Positions 1 to 8,660 of a stretch of 64,000 nt of DNA are shown here, piece by piece. A program made the translations under genes and the position numbers. This stretch comes from an uncultured delta proteobacterium. Its GTDB lineage: Bacteria > Myxococcota_A > Polyangia > Fen-1088. Numbering within the stretch: the stretch's first letter is position 1; each line of letters opens with the position of its first letter. The notes beneath the pieces were generated by a model. The model was not told the DNA's origin, did not search any database, and saw only the letters and a list, made by a program, of their open reading frames with translations. The stretch is from NCBI GenBank assembly GCA_963755125.1, contig CAVWIP010000011.1, positions 96,001-160,000 on the forward strand, read 5' to 3'.

Positions 1-2
1 CC

Positions 3-167
3 ATTCTGGGCGAGCTGGCTTGCATCAGCGCGGCGATCCTGGCTTTGCCTGCCACGCTGCTGTGGATCGGCCGGCGCCGGCACCCACATGGGAACCCTGA
101 CAGGGTTCCCATACCCTCCCGCGATGGTGCGCCCCCGGCTAAGCCGGCGGGCTCCCCACGCGACTGA
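3..167 (+). CDS. 3' end of a membrane protein, possibly MMPL/RND family (partial)
   Basis: Frame open from window edge: ILGELACISAAILALPATLLWIGRRR..., a terminal TM helix; it reads through the first 81-bp repeat unit to TGA at 165-167. Confidence 0.5.
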   Translation: MLGELACISAAILALPATLLWIGRRRHPHGNPDRVPIPSRDGAPPAKPAGSPRD

Positions 168-324
168 CATGGGAACCCTGAGAGGGTTCCCATACCCTCC
201 CGCGATGGTACGCCCCCGGCTAAGCCGGCGGGCTCCCCACGCGACTGACATGGGAACCCTGAGAGGGTTCCCATACCCTCCCGCGATGGTACGCCCCCGG
301 CTAAGCCGGCGGGCTCCCCACGCG
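88..324. repeat. Tandem array of about 2.9 x 81-bp palindromic (REP/BIME-like) units
   Basis: Near-identical units start at 88, 169 and 250. Each has the hairpin ATGGGAACCCT-N3-AGGGTTCCCAT and a second palindrome CCGGCTAAGCCGG. Confidence 0.95.
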
Positions 325-360
325 TGACACGAATGGATTCGCTGCCGCCTTCGGGCTAGA

Positions 361-816
361 GTGCCGGTCATGCACAAGAAGGTGGAATCGGGGCGTCAGA
401 GTTCGGATGCGAAGCGGAAGCGGTCTTCCGACGCGCGCCAGACGCACGCCGGCGCGCCCAACTCTGTGACCGAAGGCTCTCTCACGGAGACGACTGCAGC
501 GGGCACTGTGGCAAGGGAGCCATGCACCAAGATCCGTTGCAAGGGCGCCACCCGCTACGGCGATCCGTGCCGGTTCTGGGCGCTGGCCGACAGCGAGTTC
601 TGCTACTGGTGCGAGCAAGCGGGACGCCCCCGGTACCCCTTGCCTGTGCCCACCGGCGAGGCCGCCCGCGCCGCAAGCATCAAGGAGATCCACAAGAAGC
701 GCTGCCAGGGCGTCACCGTGTTCGGTGACCAGTGCCGCTTCTGGGCCGTGGGCTTCAGCGACTACTGCCTGTGGTGCGCGGCCTCTCAGGCCGGGCCGGC
801 GGCGACCGGCACCTGA
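361..816 (+). CDS. Small protein with two C-x9-C-x10-C-x2-C motifs (putative zinc fingers)
   Basis: RCKGATRYGDPCRFWALADSEFCYWC and RCQGVTVFGDQCRFWAVGFSDYCLWC; GC-rich third codon positions; start may be ATG 370. Confidence 0.75.
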   Translation: MPVMHKKVESGRQSSDAKRKRSSDARQTHAGAPNSVTEGSLTETTAAGTVAREPCTKIRCKGATRYGDPCRFWALADSEFCYWCEQAGRPRYPLPVPTGEAARAASIKEIHKKRCQGVTVFGDQCRFWAVGFSDYCLWCAASQAGPAATGT

Positions 817-818
817 CC

Positions 819-1748
819 TCAGCCCGTCAGATCCAGATCACCAACTATCGCCCGCAGCAGGCCCTTGTGCTGGATGAGCAGCTCCTTGGCGCGCGCGGCG
901 TTCACGCGCGCATGATGCATGACCAAAGCGACCTTGGCTCGTCCGCCCGCCTTCTTGATCAGCTTCACCGCCTCCTCGGCCGGCAGATTGGTCAGTCGGG
1001 TCACCACGCTGATGGCGCGCTGCCAGCCACGCGGCGTGGTGGGCCGCACATCCACCATGAGTCCGCCGTAAGTCTTGCCCAGGCGAACGAACGCCGCGCT
1101 GGAGACGGACTCGATCGCCACCTTGATGGCCGTGCCGGCCTTGAGTCGCGTGCAGCCAGCGATCATCTCGGGACCGGGGACGAGATCGATCACGACGTCA
1201 GCCAGCGGTTCGGCTGAGGGCATCGGCCCGGCGCAGGTGAGCAAGATGATGGCCGCGCGACGGAAACGCGCGTATTCCAGCGCGGCCTGCAGAAATGGCG
1301 AGATCGCGACATCGGCGACCGCGCAGACCACGTCCTGCGGCCCCACCGCCGCCCGGCGCATGCGCTGGTCGGCCTCACGCGGGTCGTCCTGCGCCGCCTC
1401 GGCCACGCGAGCCAGGGCGTGCGGCCCACCCGCGATAATCGACACCACCAGCGACGGTGGCAGGCCGAAAGCCGGCACGCACTCGGCCGCCTCCAGCGCA
1501 CCCAGCCGGCCCGCCGTGCCCGTGCCCAGGTAGACCAGGCGTCCCCCGGCCGCGAGCTTGTCAGCCATGAGCTGCGCCGCGGAGGCCAGCGCCGCAGCCC
1601 GCGCCCGCACCGCCTTCACCGCGTTGACTTCCTCGTCGACCAGCAGCTTGACCACCTCCTCGGGTGGAAGCGAGTCCAGCATACCGGCGCGCGGATTCTC
1701 CACCTCTTGCAATGGATCGTCTTCGGATTGCGAACGGGAGCGCGCCAT
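819..1748 (-). CDS. murQ: N-acetylmuramic acid 6-phosphate etherase-like SIS protein (divergent)
   Basis: GGRLVYLGTGTAGRLGALEAAEC, GPEMIAGCTRLKAGT and RLGKTYGGLMVDV match MurQ motifs; start trimmed to ATG 1748 (MARSRS). Confidence 0.85.
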   Translation of the reverse strand: MARSRSQSEDDPLQEVENPRAGMLDSLPPEEVVKLLVDEEVNAVKAVRARAAALASAAQLMADKLAAGGRLVYLGTGTAGRLGALEAAECVPAFGLPPSLVVSIIAGGPHALARVAEAAQDDPREADQRMRRAAVGPQDVVCAVADVAISPFLQAALEYARFRRAAIILLTCAGPMPSAEPLADVVIDLVPGPEMIAGCTRLKAGTAIKVAIESVSSAAFVRLGKTYGGLMVDVRPTTPRGWQRAISVVTRLTNLPAEEAVKLIKKAGGRAKVALVMHHARVNAARAKELLIQHKGLLRAIVGDLDLTG

Positions 1749-1813
1749 GGGCCACGATTGTCGCCCGGGAGCGCGAGGGTGGAAAGAAATTCGGTTGACC
1801 TGGGTTTTTCCCT

Positions 1814-2905
1814 TCACGCCCATGGAGTATTCAAGACCGGCCGGATTCGCAGAGTGGATGTCGCGGATCGTGCCGGCAGTCCGGCCAGGCTGGCCGATCG
1901 CGAGCCGGAAGTCGCGCGCTCGCGCACTGGGCGGGAAGCAAAGTCCGGGCAGCTCTTTCCGTGGCCGAGGACCATTCTGGCCAAGATCAGGCCGAAGGCG
2001 ATCCATGCGCCGCTTCGCAACCGGCGCAACAACACCAGCGCCATGGCCGTGGGAGCGTCCACGCCCAATGCAACGCAGGCGGCAAAGACCGTAGCTTCGA
2101 CGACGCCCATCTGGCCGGGGATGGCAGTGCCCAGCACCGACGCGACCAGGGATGCGGCCCCCAGCCAGGGCGCAAGCATAGGGCTCACGCCCAGCAATGC
2201 CAGGAGCAACGCCATCTCGGCAACGATCCACAGTCTGCCTGCCAGATGAAGCAGCACGCTTCCCAGCACGAGCCGCGGCTGCGCAAGCAAAGCCGTGCGA
2301 GCGGCTTCCAGGATTCGGGCGAATCGCGCCAGGCGACCGGATCGGGCGCTCCACCGGCGCAGAGGCGCGACGAGGATGAGGAGCGCGACCCCGAGCACGG
2401 CGGCCAGGCTGGTCGCGCCCGCCCAGGCGCAGGTGTGCGCGCCCATTGGCGACTTGGCAGCCCACGGGAGAAACGCCGCGCCGACGAGGCACAGTGCCGT
2501 TGACGCTATGAAGGTGCCGTTGTCGAGCGCCAATGGAACGATGGCGCGGCTCCTCACATTCGGGTGAAACACCAGCGCCTTGAGCGGCTCGCCCGCCACA
2601 CCAGCGCCCAGTTCGTTGGCCGCCTGGGACGCCACATAGGTTGCAACCGCGATCGCCGGTCGGGGACGCAGCGATTTGGGCAGAAGCACGAGCCAGCCGC
2701 AACAGTGCAGGACCATTCCAACAACGGGTGCCACAAGAACCAAGACGAAATTCGGGCCAACCCGTTCAATGCTCCGCAAGACCGGCTCCGCGCCCACCCG
2801 CCGCAACAGCACAACCAAAGCCGCTGCGCCCGCTGCCAACAAAGCCACGCTGAGCCAGCCTGTGCCGCGAAACGGTTTGCTGGAGCCCATCTCCATTGAA
2901 CGCAT
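1814..2905 (-). CDS. Lysylphosphatidylglycerol synthase TM-domain (UPF0104, flippase-like) membrane protein
   Basis: Multi-TM; AGEPLK and IPGQMGVVEA motifs. Confidence 0.75.
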   Translation of the reverse strand: MRSMEMGSSKPFRGTGWLSVALLAAGAAALVVLLRRVGAEPVLRSIERVGPNFVLVLVAPVVGMVLHCCGWLVLLPKSLRPRPAIAVATYVASQAANELGAGVAGEPLKALVFHPNVRSRAIVPLALDNGTFIASTALCLVGAAFLPWAAKSPMGAHTCAWAGATSLAAVLGVALLILVAPLRRWSARSGRLARFARILEAARTALLAQPRLVLGSVLLHLAGRLWIVAEMALLLALLGVSPMLAPWLGAASLVASVLGTAIPGQMGVVEATVFAACVALGVDAPTAMALVLLRRLRSGAWIAFGLILARMVLGHGKSCPDFASRPVRERATSGSRSASLAGLPARSATSTLRIRPVLNTPWA

Positions 2906-3108
2906 GGTGATAGTGGATTCTGCAAACCCGGGACCAGTGCCCCACAGCCGGCCAGACTGGCCTCTACGCGCCCGGCGTGTTCAGGACTTGACAGATTCGC
3001 CTTGTGACTGGCTGATTTTCAACGCCGACGGGCTGAAAGCACCCGCAAGTCATCGCGACCGGCGCCGAGCGTTCCGGGTGTATAGTGGCGGCCGGGGGAG
3101 GGACGACT

Positions 3109-4812
3109 ATGTTGATGCGACTCATCCATCAAACTGCCCTGGTTCTGGCAGCCGCAGGCACGGCAGCCTGCTCAAGCACTGAGCAGTCGGCGATGAATCC
3201 GGACGCCGGGCCGGGGGTCGTCACCACGCCAGGCAGCACCACCATGCACGACTTCACCTCGGTCAGCGCAGGTGTCTGGCACACTTGCGGCCTGATGACT
3301 GACGATACCGTGGTGTGCTGGGGGACCGCGAACTTTGGTGAGGCCACGCCACCCCAAGACACCTTCATCTCTGTCAGCGCGGGTCAGTTCTATACATGTG
3401 GCCTGAAGACCGACGGTACCATTGCCTGCTGGGGCGACAACACCTACGGCAAGGCCACGCCGCCCGCGGGAACATACACCTCCGTCAGCGCGGGTGAGTT
3501 CCACGCATGTGGCGTGAAGACCGACGGTACCGTTACCTGCTGGGGCGACAACACCTACGACGAGGCCACGCCACCCACGGGAACCTTCACCTCTGTCAGC
3601 GCGGGTGAGGCCTACACATGCGGAGTGAAGACCGATGGTACCGTTGCGTGCTGGGGCACGGACTACTTCGGCGAGACCAAGCCGCCCAAAGGCACCTTCA
3701 CCTCTGTCAGCGCAGGTTCTGACCACACCTGTGGCCTCAAGACAGGCGGCAGCGTTGCCTGCTGGGGCAACAACACCTACGGCCAATCATCACCGCCCGG
3801 AGGCACCTTCACCTGTGTCAGCGTTGGCGACCTGTTCACGTGCGGCGTGAGGACCGACGCAACCATGGCGTGCTGGCCCGCCAACACGCTCAGCGCATCC
3901 ACCTCGCGTCCAGGCACGTTCACCTCTGTCAGCGTCGGGGTATTTGACACATGCGGGGTGAGGACCGACGGAAGCATCTCCTGCTGGGGCGACAACCAGC
4001 ACGACGAAGCCACGCCGCTGCCAGACCCTCTGGTGTCCCTCAGCGTGAGTGAGACGCACAGGTGTGGGGTGAGATCTGACGGTACCGTCGCATGCAACGG
4101 GGACAACTCCAGCGGTGAAATCGCGCCGCCAGATGGGACGTTCGCGTCGGTCAGCGCGGGCTCCTTCTTCACGTGCGGCGTGCGCACCGACAGCACCATC
4201 GCCTGCTGGGGAACGGGCTACCCCAACGGCGATGCCGCCAAGCCTCTTCCAGGAACATTTTCGTCCGTCAGCGCAGGTACCGGAGACACATGCGGCGTGA
4301 AGACCGACGGTACCGTCGCTTGCTGGGGCGACGACATCTCCGGCCAAGCCGTGCCGCCCGCTGGCACCTTCACCTCCGTCAGCGCCTCCGCTGGAGGCGA
4401 GTTGGGTGGCTTTTATGCCTGTGGCGTAAGAACCGACGGCACCGTCGCCTGCTGGGGCGACAACACCAAGGGTGAGTCCTCGCCACCCGCTGGCACCTTC
4501 GCCTCTGTCAGCACGGGCTGCGAGTCCACGTGCGGCCTGAAGACCGACGGTACCGTGGCCTGCTGGGGCGACAACACCTACGGCCAATCCTCGCCGCCCG
4601 CTGGCACTTTCACCGCCGTCAGCGCGGGTTGCGATTTTGCGTGCGGCCTCAAGACCGACGGAACCATTGCTTGCTGGGGCGACAACACCTGGGGCGAATC
4701 ATCGCCGCCGACTGGCACTTTCACCGCCGTCAGCGCGGGACTCGGCTACGCGTGCGCGCTTGACCAGAACGGCATCACCGTCTGCTGGGGTGCGGATCGG
4801 ACAGCCCCATAG
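3109..4812 (+). CDS. RCC1/BLIP-II repeat lipoprotein (14 repeats, likely two 7-bladed propellers)
   Basis: Lipobox-like TAAC; 14 repeats of FTSVSAGxxxTCGxKTDGTVACWGDN; GGGAGG RBS before ATG 3109. Confidence 0.9.
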   Translation: MLMRLIHQTALVLAAAGTAACSSTEQSAMNPDAGPGVVTTPGSTTMHDFTSVSAGVWHTCGLMTDDTVVCWGTANFGEATPPQDTFISVSAGQFYTCGLKTDGTIACWGDNTYGKATPPAGTYTSVSAGEFHACGVKTDGTVTCWGDNTYDEATPPTGTFTSVSAGEAYTCGVKTDGTVACWGTDYFGETKPPKGTFTSVSAGSDHTCGLKTGGSVACWGNNTYGQSSPPGGTFTCVSVGDLFTCGVRTDATMACWPANTLSASTSRPGTFTSVSVGVFDTCGVRTDGSISCWGDNQHDEATPLPDPLVSLSVSETHRCGVRSDGTVACNGDNSSGEIAPPDGTFASVSAGSFFTCGVRTDSTIACWGTGYPNGDAAKPLPGTFSSVSAGTGDTCGVKTDGTVACWGDDISGQAVPPAGTFTSVSASAGGELGGFYACGVRTDGTVACWGDNTKGESSPPAGTFASVSTGCESTCGLKTDGTVACWGDNTYGQSSPPAGTFTAVSAGCDFACGLKTDGTIACWGDNTWGESSPPTGTFTAVSAGLGYACALDQNGITVCWGADRTAP

Positions 4813-4836
4813 CCCGCCTACTCGCGCGCGCGCCGC

Positions 4837-5646
4837 CTACTTCAATCCCAGCACGGCGCGCATGTCGAAAAGACCAGGCGGCCGGCCGTGTAGCCAGAGG
4901 GCCGCGCGGACTGCGCCGCGGGCAAAGGTTTCGCGCGAGGAGGCCCGGTGGGTGATCTCGATGCGGTCGCCTTGGCCAAGGAAAAACACGGTGTGATCGC
5001 CGACCACGTCCCCGCCGCGCACAGTCTGAATGCCGATCTCGTCGGCGGCGCGCGGCCCGATGTCGCCGTGCCGCTCATAGCGCGCGCTCTCGCCGAGATC
5101 GCGGCCCGTGGCCTCGGCCACTGCCTCGGCCAGGCGCAGGGCCGTGCCCGAAGGCGCGTCGCGCTTGGCCCGGTGGTGCGCTTCCACGATTTCAATGTCG
5201 TAGGCCGAACCAAGCGTGCGGGCCGCGTCCGCCACCAAGCGCAGCATCACGTTCACGCCCACTGACATGTTGGGCGCCAGCACGATGGCGACTTTCTTCG
5301 CCGCCGAGGCAATCGCATCCTTATCTTGGCCGGAAAGCCCGGTGGTGCCGAGCACCAGGGCCGCACCGGCCTGGGCCGCGGCGCTGGCATTGGCCACGGC
5401 CACGCCGGGTGAGGAAAAGTCGATCCACACGTCGGCCGCGCCTTGGCCGGGCCGGTCCGCCTGCACGCGCACTCCGCTTTCGGGCAATCCCGCCAGACGG
5501 CTCGCATCCGCGCCCATCGCGGGAAAATCAGGGCGCTCGACCGCGGCCACCAAACGCGCGGCCGGCGTCTCGGCAATGGCGCGCACGATGAGGCCGCCCA
5601 TCTTGCCTGCGGCCCCGAACACGGCGATGCGTACAGCCTCGGCCAT
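4837..5646 (-). CDS. dapB: 4-hydroxy-tetrahydrodipicolinate reductase
   Basis: GAAGKMG, GTTG, PNMSVGV, EAHHRAKRDAPSGTA, RGGDVVGDH; follows dapA. Confidence 0.97.
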   Translation of the reverse strand: MAEAVRIAVFGAAGKMGGLIVRAIAETPAARLVAAVERPDFPAMGADASRLAGLPESGVRVQADRPGQGAADVWIDFSSPGVAVANASAAAQAGAALVLGTTGLSGQDKDAIASAAKKVAIVLAPNMSVGVNVMLRLVADAARTLGSAYDIEIVEAHHRAKRDAPSGTALRLAEAVAEATGRDLGESARYERHGDIGPRAADEIGIQTVRGGDVVGDHTVFFLGQGDRIEITHRASSRETFARGAVRAALWLHGRPPGLFDMRAVLGLK

Positions 5647-5656
5647 GGCGTCCCCG

Positions 5657-6529
5657 TCAGATGAGTTTGAGGTCAGCGAGAATCCTACGCACCTTCTCGC
5701 GATTGGCCCCGGCCATCGGGTAGAGCGGAGACCGGATCTCATCGCTGATCTTGCCCATCATGGCCAGCGCGGCTTTCACCGGAATGGGATTGGCCTCGAT
5801 GAACAGTCCTTCGGAAAGCGGGAACAAGCGATAGTGCAGCTCGCGCGCCTTGTTCCAGTTGCCCGCGGCCGCCGCGTCCCACATGGCCGACATGTCGGCA
5901 GGTGCCACATTGGACACCACCGAGATGCAGCCGTGCGCGCCCAGGGCGTACAGTGGGAAAGCTGTGGCATCATCGCCTGACAGGACCACCATGCGGTCAC
6001 CCACGCGCGAGATGATCTGCGCCGCCCGCTGCGCCGAACCCGTGGCCTCCTTGATGCCCACCACCAGCGGCACCTCGCATAGGCGCGCCATGGTTTCGGG
6101 CAGAAGGTCACAGCCCGTGCGCCCCGGCACGTTGTACACCAACATGGGCAATGGCACGGCGTCGGCGATAGCCTTGAAGTGACGGAAGAGTCCGTCCTGC
6201 GTGGGCCGGTTGTAGTAGGGCGTGACCTGCAGGGTGCCGTCAGCGCCCACCGCGCGCGCCTCGCTCGTCAGCTCGATGGCCTCGCGGGTGGAGTTGGCGC
6301 CTGTTCCGGCAATCACCGGCACACGCCTGCGCGTCTCTTCCACCACGATCTTGATGATGCGGATGTGCTCCTCGACCGTGACCGTGGGCGACTCGCCGGT
6401 GGTTCCCACCGGCACGAATCCGTCGATGCCCGCGCGGATCTGCTCGTCGACCAGCCGGCGCAGGGCCTCCTCGTCGACGGCGTCGCCGCGAAATGGTGTG
6501 ACCAGTGCCGTGATGACTCCCTTGAACAT
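5657..6529 (-). CDS. dapA: 4-hydroxy-tetrahydrodipicolinate synthase
   Basis: GTTGES, YNVPGRTG, GIKEA, SGDD, NPIPVK. Confidence 0.98.
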   Translation of the reverse strand: MFKGVITALVTPFRGDAVDEEALRRLVDEQIRAGIDGFVPVGTTGESPTVTVEEHIRIIKIVVEETRRRVPVIAGTGANSTREAIELTSEARAVGADGTLQVTPYYNRPTQDGLFRHFKAIADAVPLPMLVYNVPGRTGCDLLPETMARLCEVPLVVGIKEATGSAQRAAQIISRVGDRMVVLSGDDATAFPLYALGAHGCISVVSNVAPADMSAMWDAAAAGNWNKARELHYRLFPLSEGLFIEANPIPVKAALAMMGKISDEIRSPLYPMAGANREKVRRILADLKLI

Positions 6530-6582
6530 GGGCCCGAACCTAGCACGTCTTGGCCATTCGGGTCAGCCGCGCTGGAGCCTGG

Positions 6583-8616
6583 CTACTCGCGCATCACACC
6601 GGAAATCCGCACCCGCGCCCCGGCCGCCACGGGTTCGGAGCTCTCGACGATGACCGCGTCGCCGGCATCCAGGCCCTGGGTGATGACGACGTCGGCGGCG
6701 GTTCGGTCAGCCACCGCCACGCTGCGCGCCTCGGCCCGCCCGGTCGGCGCCACCAGCAGCACGCGATCGCTGTCGCTCACGCGCGACAACGCCGAGGCCG
6801 GCACCAGATACGCGTCGGCCAGACGCGCGCGTGCCAGACGCGCCCGTTGTCCGGCTGCCGTCGCCGCTTCCGGCGCCATCTCGATGACCACGTGGGTTTC
6901 GTCACCGCCGTCGGAGGCCAGGCTGCAAGCTACAGCCCGTCCCTCGATTTCGGCCACACAGAAGCCTTGCTTGCGAACGCGCGCGGCCTGCGTGCGCGGC
7001 AGCTCGAAGTTGGCGCGCCAACCCGCTGATCGCAGGCGCACCGCCGGCGCGCCAGGCCGCACCGTCTGCCCCAGGGTGGCCAGCGCCGCCTCGATCTGGC
7101 CCGAGCCCTGGGCCACGACCGCCACGCGCGACAGGGCAGCCTGCGTCTGCCCGACCAAACCTGCGTTGAACTCGACCTTGGCCCGCGCCGCGCTGGCCCG
7201 CTTGTCGTCGCCCGCGTCGGTCGCGGCCAGTTGCTCGAAGTGGGCGAGCCGTTCCTGCAGGCGGGCCAGATCGGCCAGCAGCGAGCGGGCCGCGTCGGTC
7301 GCGGCCACCACATCGCCAGCCCGCAGCGAGATCCCCACGGACGCGATCTGGATCACCTTGCCGCCCGCAGGGAAGCCCAGCACCTCGCCAGGCAGCTTCT
7401 CCACGGGCGCGGTGCCGTCGAACCAGCGCACAACAGCGGTTGGTTTGGCGACAAGGACGCGTGTGCGCACGGCCGGAGGTGGTTGCGTGTTCACCGCCCA
7501 TGGCACCACCAACGTGCCCACGCCCAGGGCCGCCAGGGTGCCGAGCACGGCGTGGAGAATCCATGGGACACCCCGCCCTGTCGTGGGCCGCGCGGATACC
7601 GGCGTGACATAGGGAGGAGGTGTCACCAGCGGCGGCGGGGTCAACATTCCACGGGGGCCTGGCGTCAATGTGCGGGCTTCGCCCCAGACACCGCGCGGCC
7701 GCCCGGCGCCGTCAGCAGTTTCAGCAGCAGACGTGCGACCACGGGGCGGCCTCTCCCGCAGGGGAGGCGGCGTCCGCGCTTCGAGCGGAATCGGAGGTGG
7801 GGTCTCGGCCAGCAGGGCAGAGGGTAGCGTTTCCATCGCGACCGGCGATGGCTCCTGCACCGACGGGCTGACCGGCGACTCAGGAGGCACCTCGACCGGC
7901 GCGGCAGCCGCGGCCGGCAGCGACGGCTGGGCCTGCGACAGAACGTCGGGCTGCGGTGTCGCCACTGTGGGCGTCTCGGCCGTGGGCAGAGCATCCGAGG
8001 ACGGCGTGGCGGCCGATGCCGTCTCTGCCGCCGGCGGCTCAGGCTCCGCCGCAGCCGGTGGCGATTCCGGCGCAGGAGGTGGCTCGAATGACGCCGGGCC
8101 TGGCGTGGGCGCACCGTTGTCAACGGGCTCGGGTTCCGAAATGACCGGCACTGGCGTCTTTTCAGCCGCGGGTTCCGAAATGACAGGCACCGGCGTCTTT
8201 TCAGCCGCGGGTTCCGAGATGACCGGTACCGGCGTCTTCACGTCCTCGGGTTGCGACGGAGCCGGCGTCTGTGCGGCCGCCGCGGTCATGCGCGTGATGT
8301 GTGCCGGCCTATCCTCAGGCGCAACACCCGGAGTTCCTGCCTTGCCCGACACCAGGAAGCCGAGCTGGTCAAGACGATCGGCGAATGCCATGAGTTGCTC
8401 GACCGTCAGCTCCAGCCCGGTCGAGAGCCGCACCCAGGCGATGACCTTGCTCAGAGGCCGGCCGTCGAACGCGAGAGCAACCGAATACTCGTAGCCAAAG
8501 AGACGGAAAGTCGATCCCAGCTTGGGATCGCAGACGTCGACGCACCTGACGCCATCTTCGCTTTGCAAGATGGTCGAAACCAGATCGCGCCGCAAGCGCG
8601 GCCCGTCAAACGTCAT
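6583..8616 (-). CDS. Membrane-fusion (HlyD/RND adaptor-like) protein with N-terminal PqqD-like domain and Pro-rich linker
   Basis: N-terminal RLRRDL...DP...F...L.F...L..LGFL domain; Pro/Ala/Glu linker; TM helix; C-terminal VPASAL...V...GL.AGD.VIV adaptor motif. Confidence 0.7.
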   Translation of the reverse strand: MTFDGPRLRRDLVSTILQSEDGVRCVDVCDPKLGSTFRLFGYEYSVALAFDGRPLSKVIAWVRLSTGLELTVEQLMAFADRLDQLGFLVSGKAGTPGVAPEDRPAHITRMTAAAAQTPAPSQPEDVKTPVPVISEPAAEKTPVPVISEPAAEKTPVPVISEPEPVDNGAPTPGPASFEPPPAPESPPAAAEPEPPAAETASAATPSSDALPTAETPTVATPQPDVLSQAQPSLPAAAAAPVEVPPESPVSPSVQEPSPVAMETLPSALLAETPPPIPLEARTPPPLRERPPRGRTSAAETADGAGRPRGVWGEARTLTPGPRGMLTPPPLVTPPPYVTPVSARPTTGRGVPWILHAVLGTLAALGVGTLVVPWAVNTQPPPAVRTRVLVAKPTAVVRWFDGTAPVEKLPGEVLGFPAGGKVIQIASVGISLRAGDVVAATDAARSLLADLARLQERLAHFEQLAATDAGDDKRASAARAKVEFNAGLVGQTQAALSRVAVVAQGSGQIEAALATLGQTVRPGAPAVRLRSAGWRANFELPRTQAARVRKQGFCVAEIEGRAVACSLASDGGDETHVVIEMAPEAATAAGQRARLARARLADAYLVPASALSRVSDSDRVLLVAPTGRAEARSVAVADRTAADVVITQGLDAGDAVIVESSEPVAAGARVRISGVMRE
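8130..8238. repeat. Intragenic 39-bp tandem repeat (about 2.8 copies, KTPVPVISEPAAE)
   Basis: GGGTTCCGA recurs at 8131, 8170 and 8209. Confidence 0.9.
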
Positions 8617-8660
8617 GCTTGCATCTTTACCCGCGGATCACGCCGGAGCCAACCCTAGAG

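Noticed and set aside
88..324. CRISPR array
   Set aside because: Units are near-identical over all 81 bp with no unique spacers, and there are no cas genes
88..327. 79-aa ORF made of three peptide repeats
   Set aside because: Simply the translation of the DNA repeat; no independent coding evidence
1749..2702. Long N-terminal extension of MurQ (627-aa ORF)
   Set aside because: Overlaps the membrane protein gene in another frame and has Arg/Gly-rich off-frame composition
3109..4812. Diversity-generating retroelement target
   Set aside because: No reverse transcriptase or template repeat; differences between repeats are not adenine-specific
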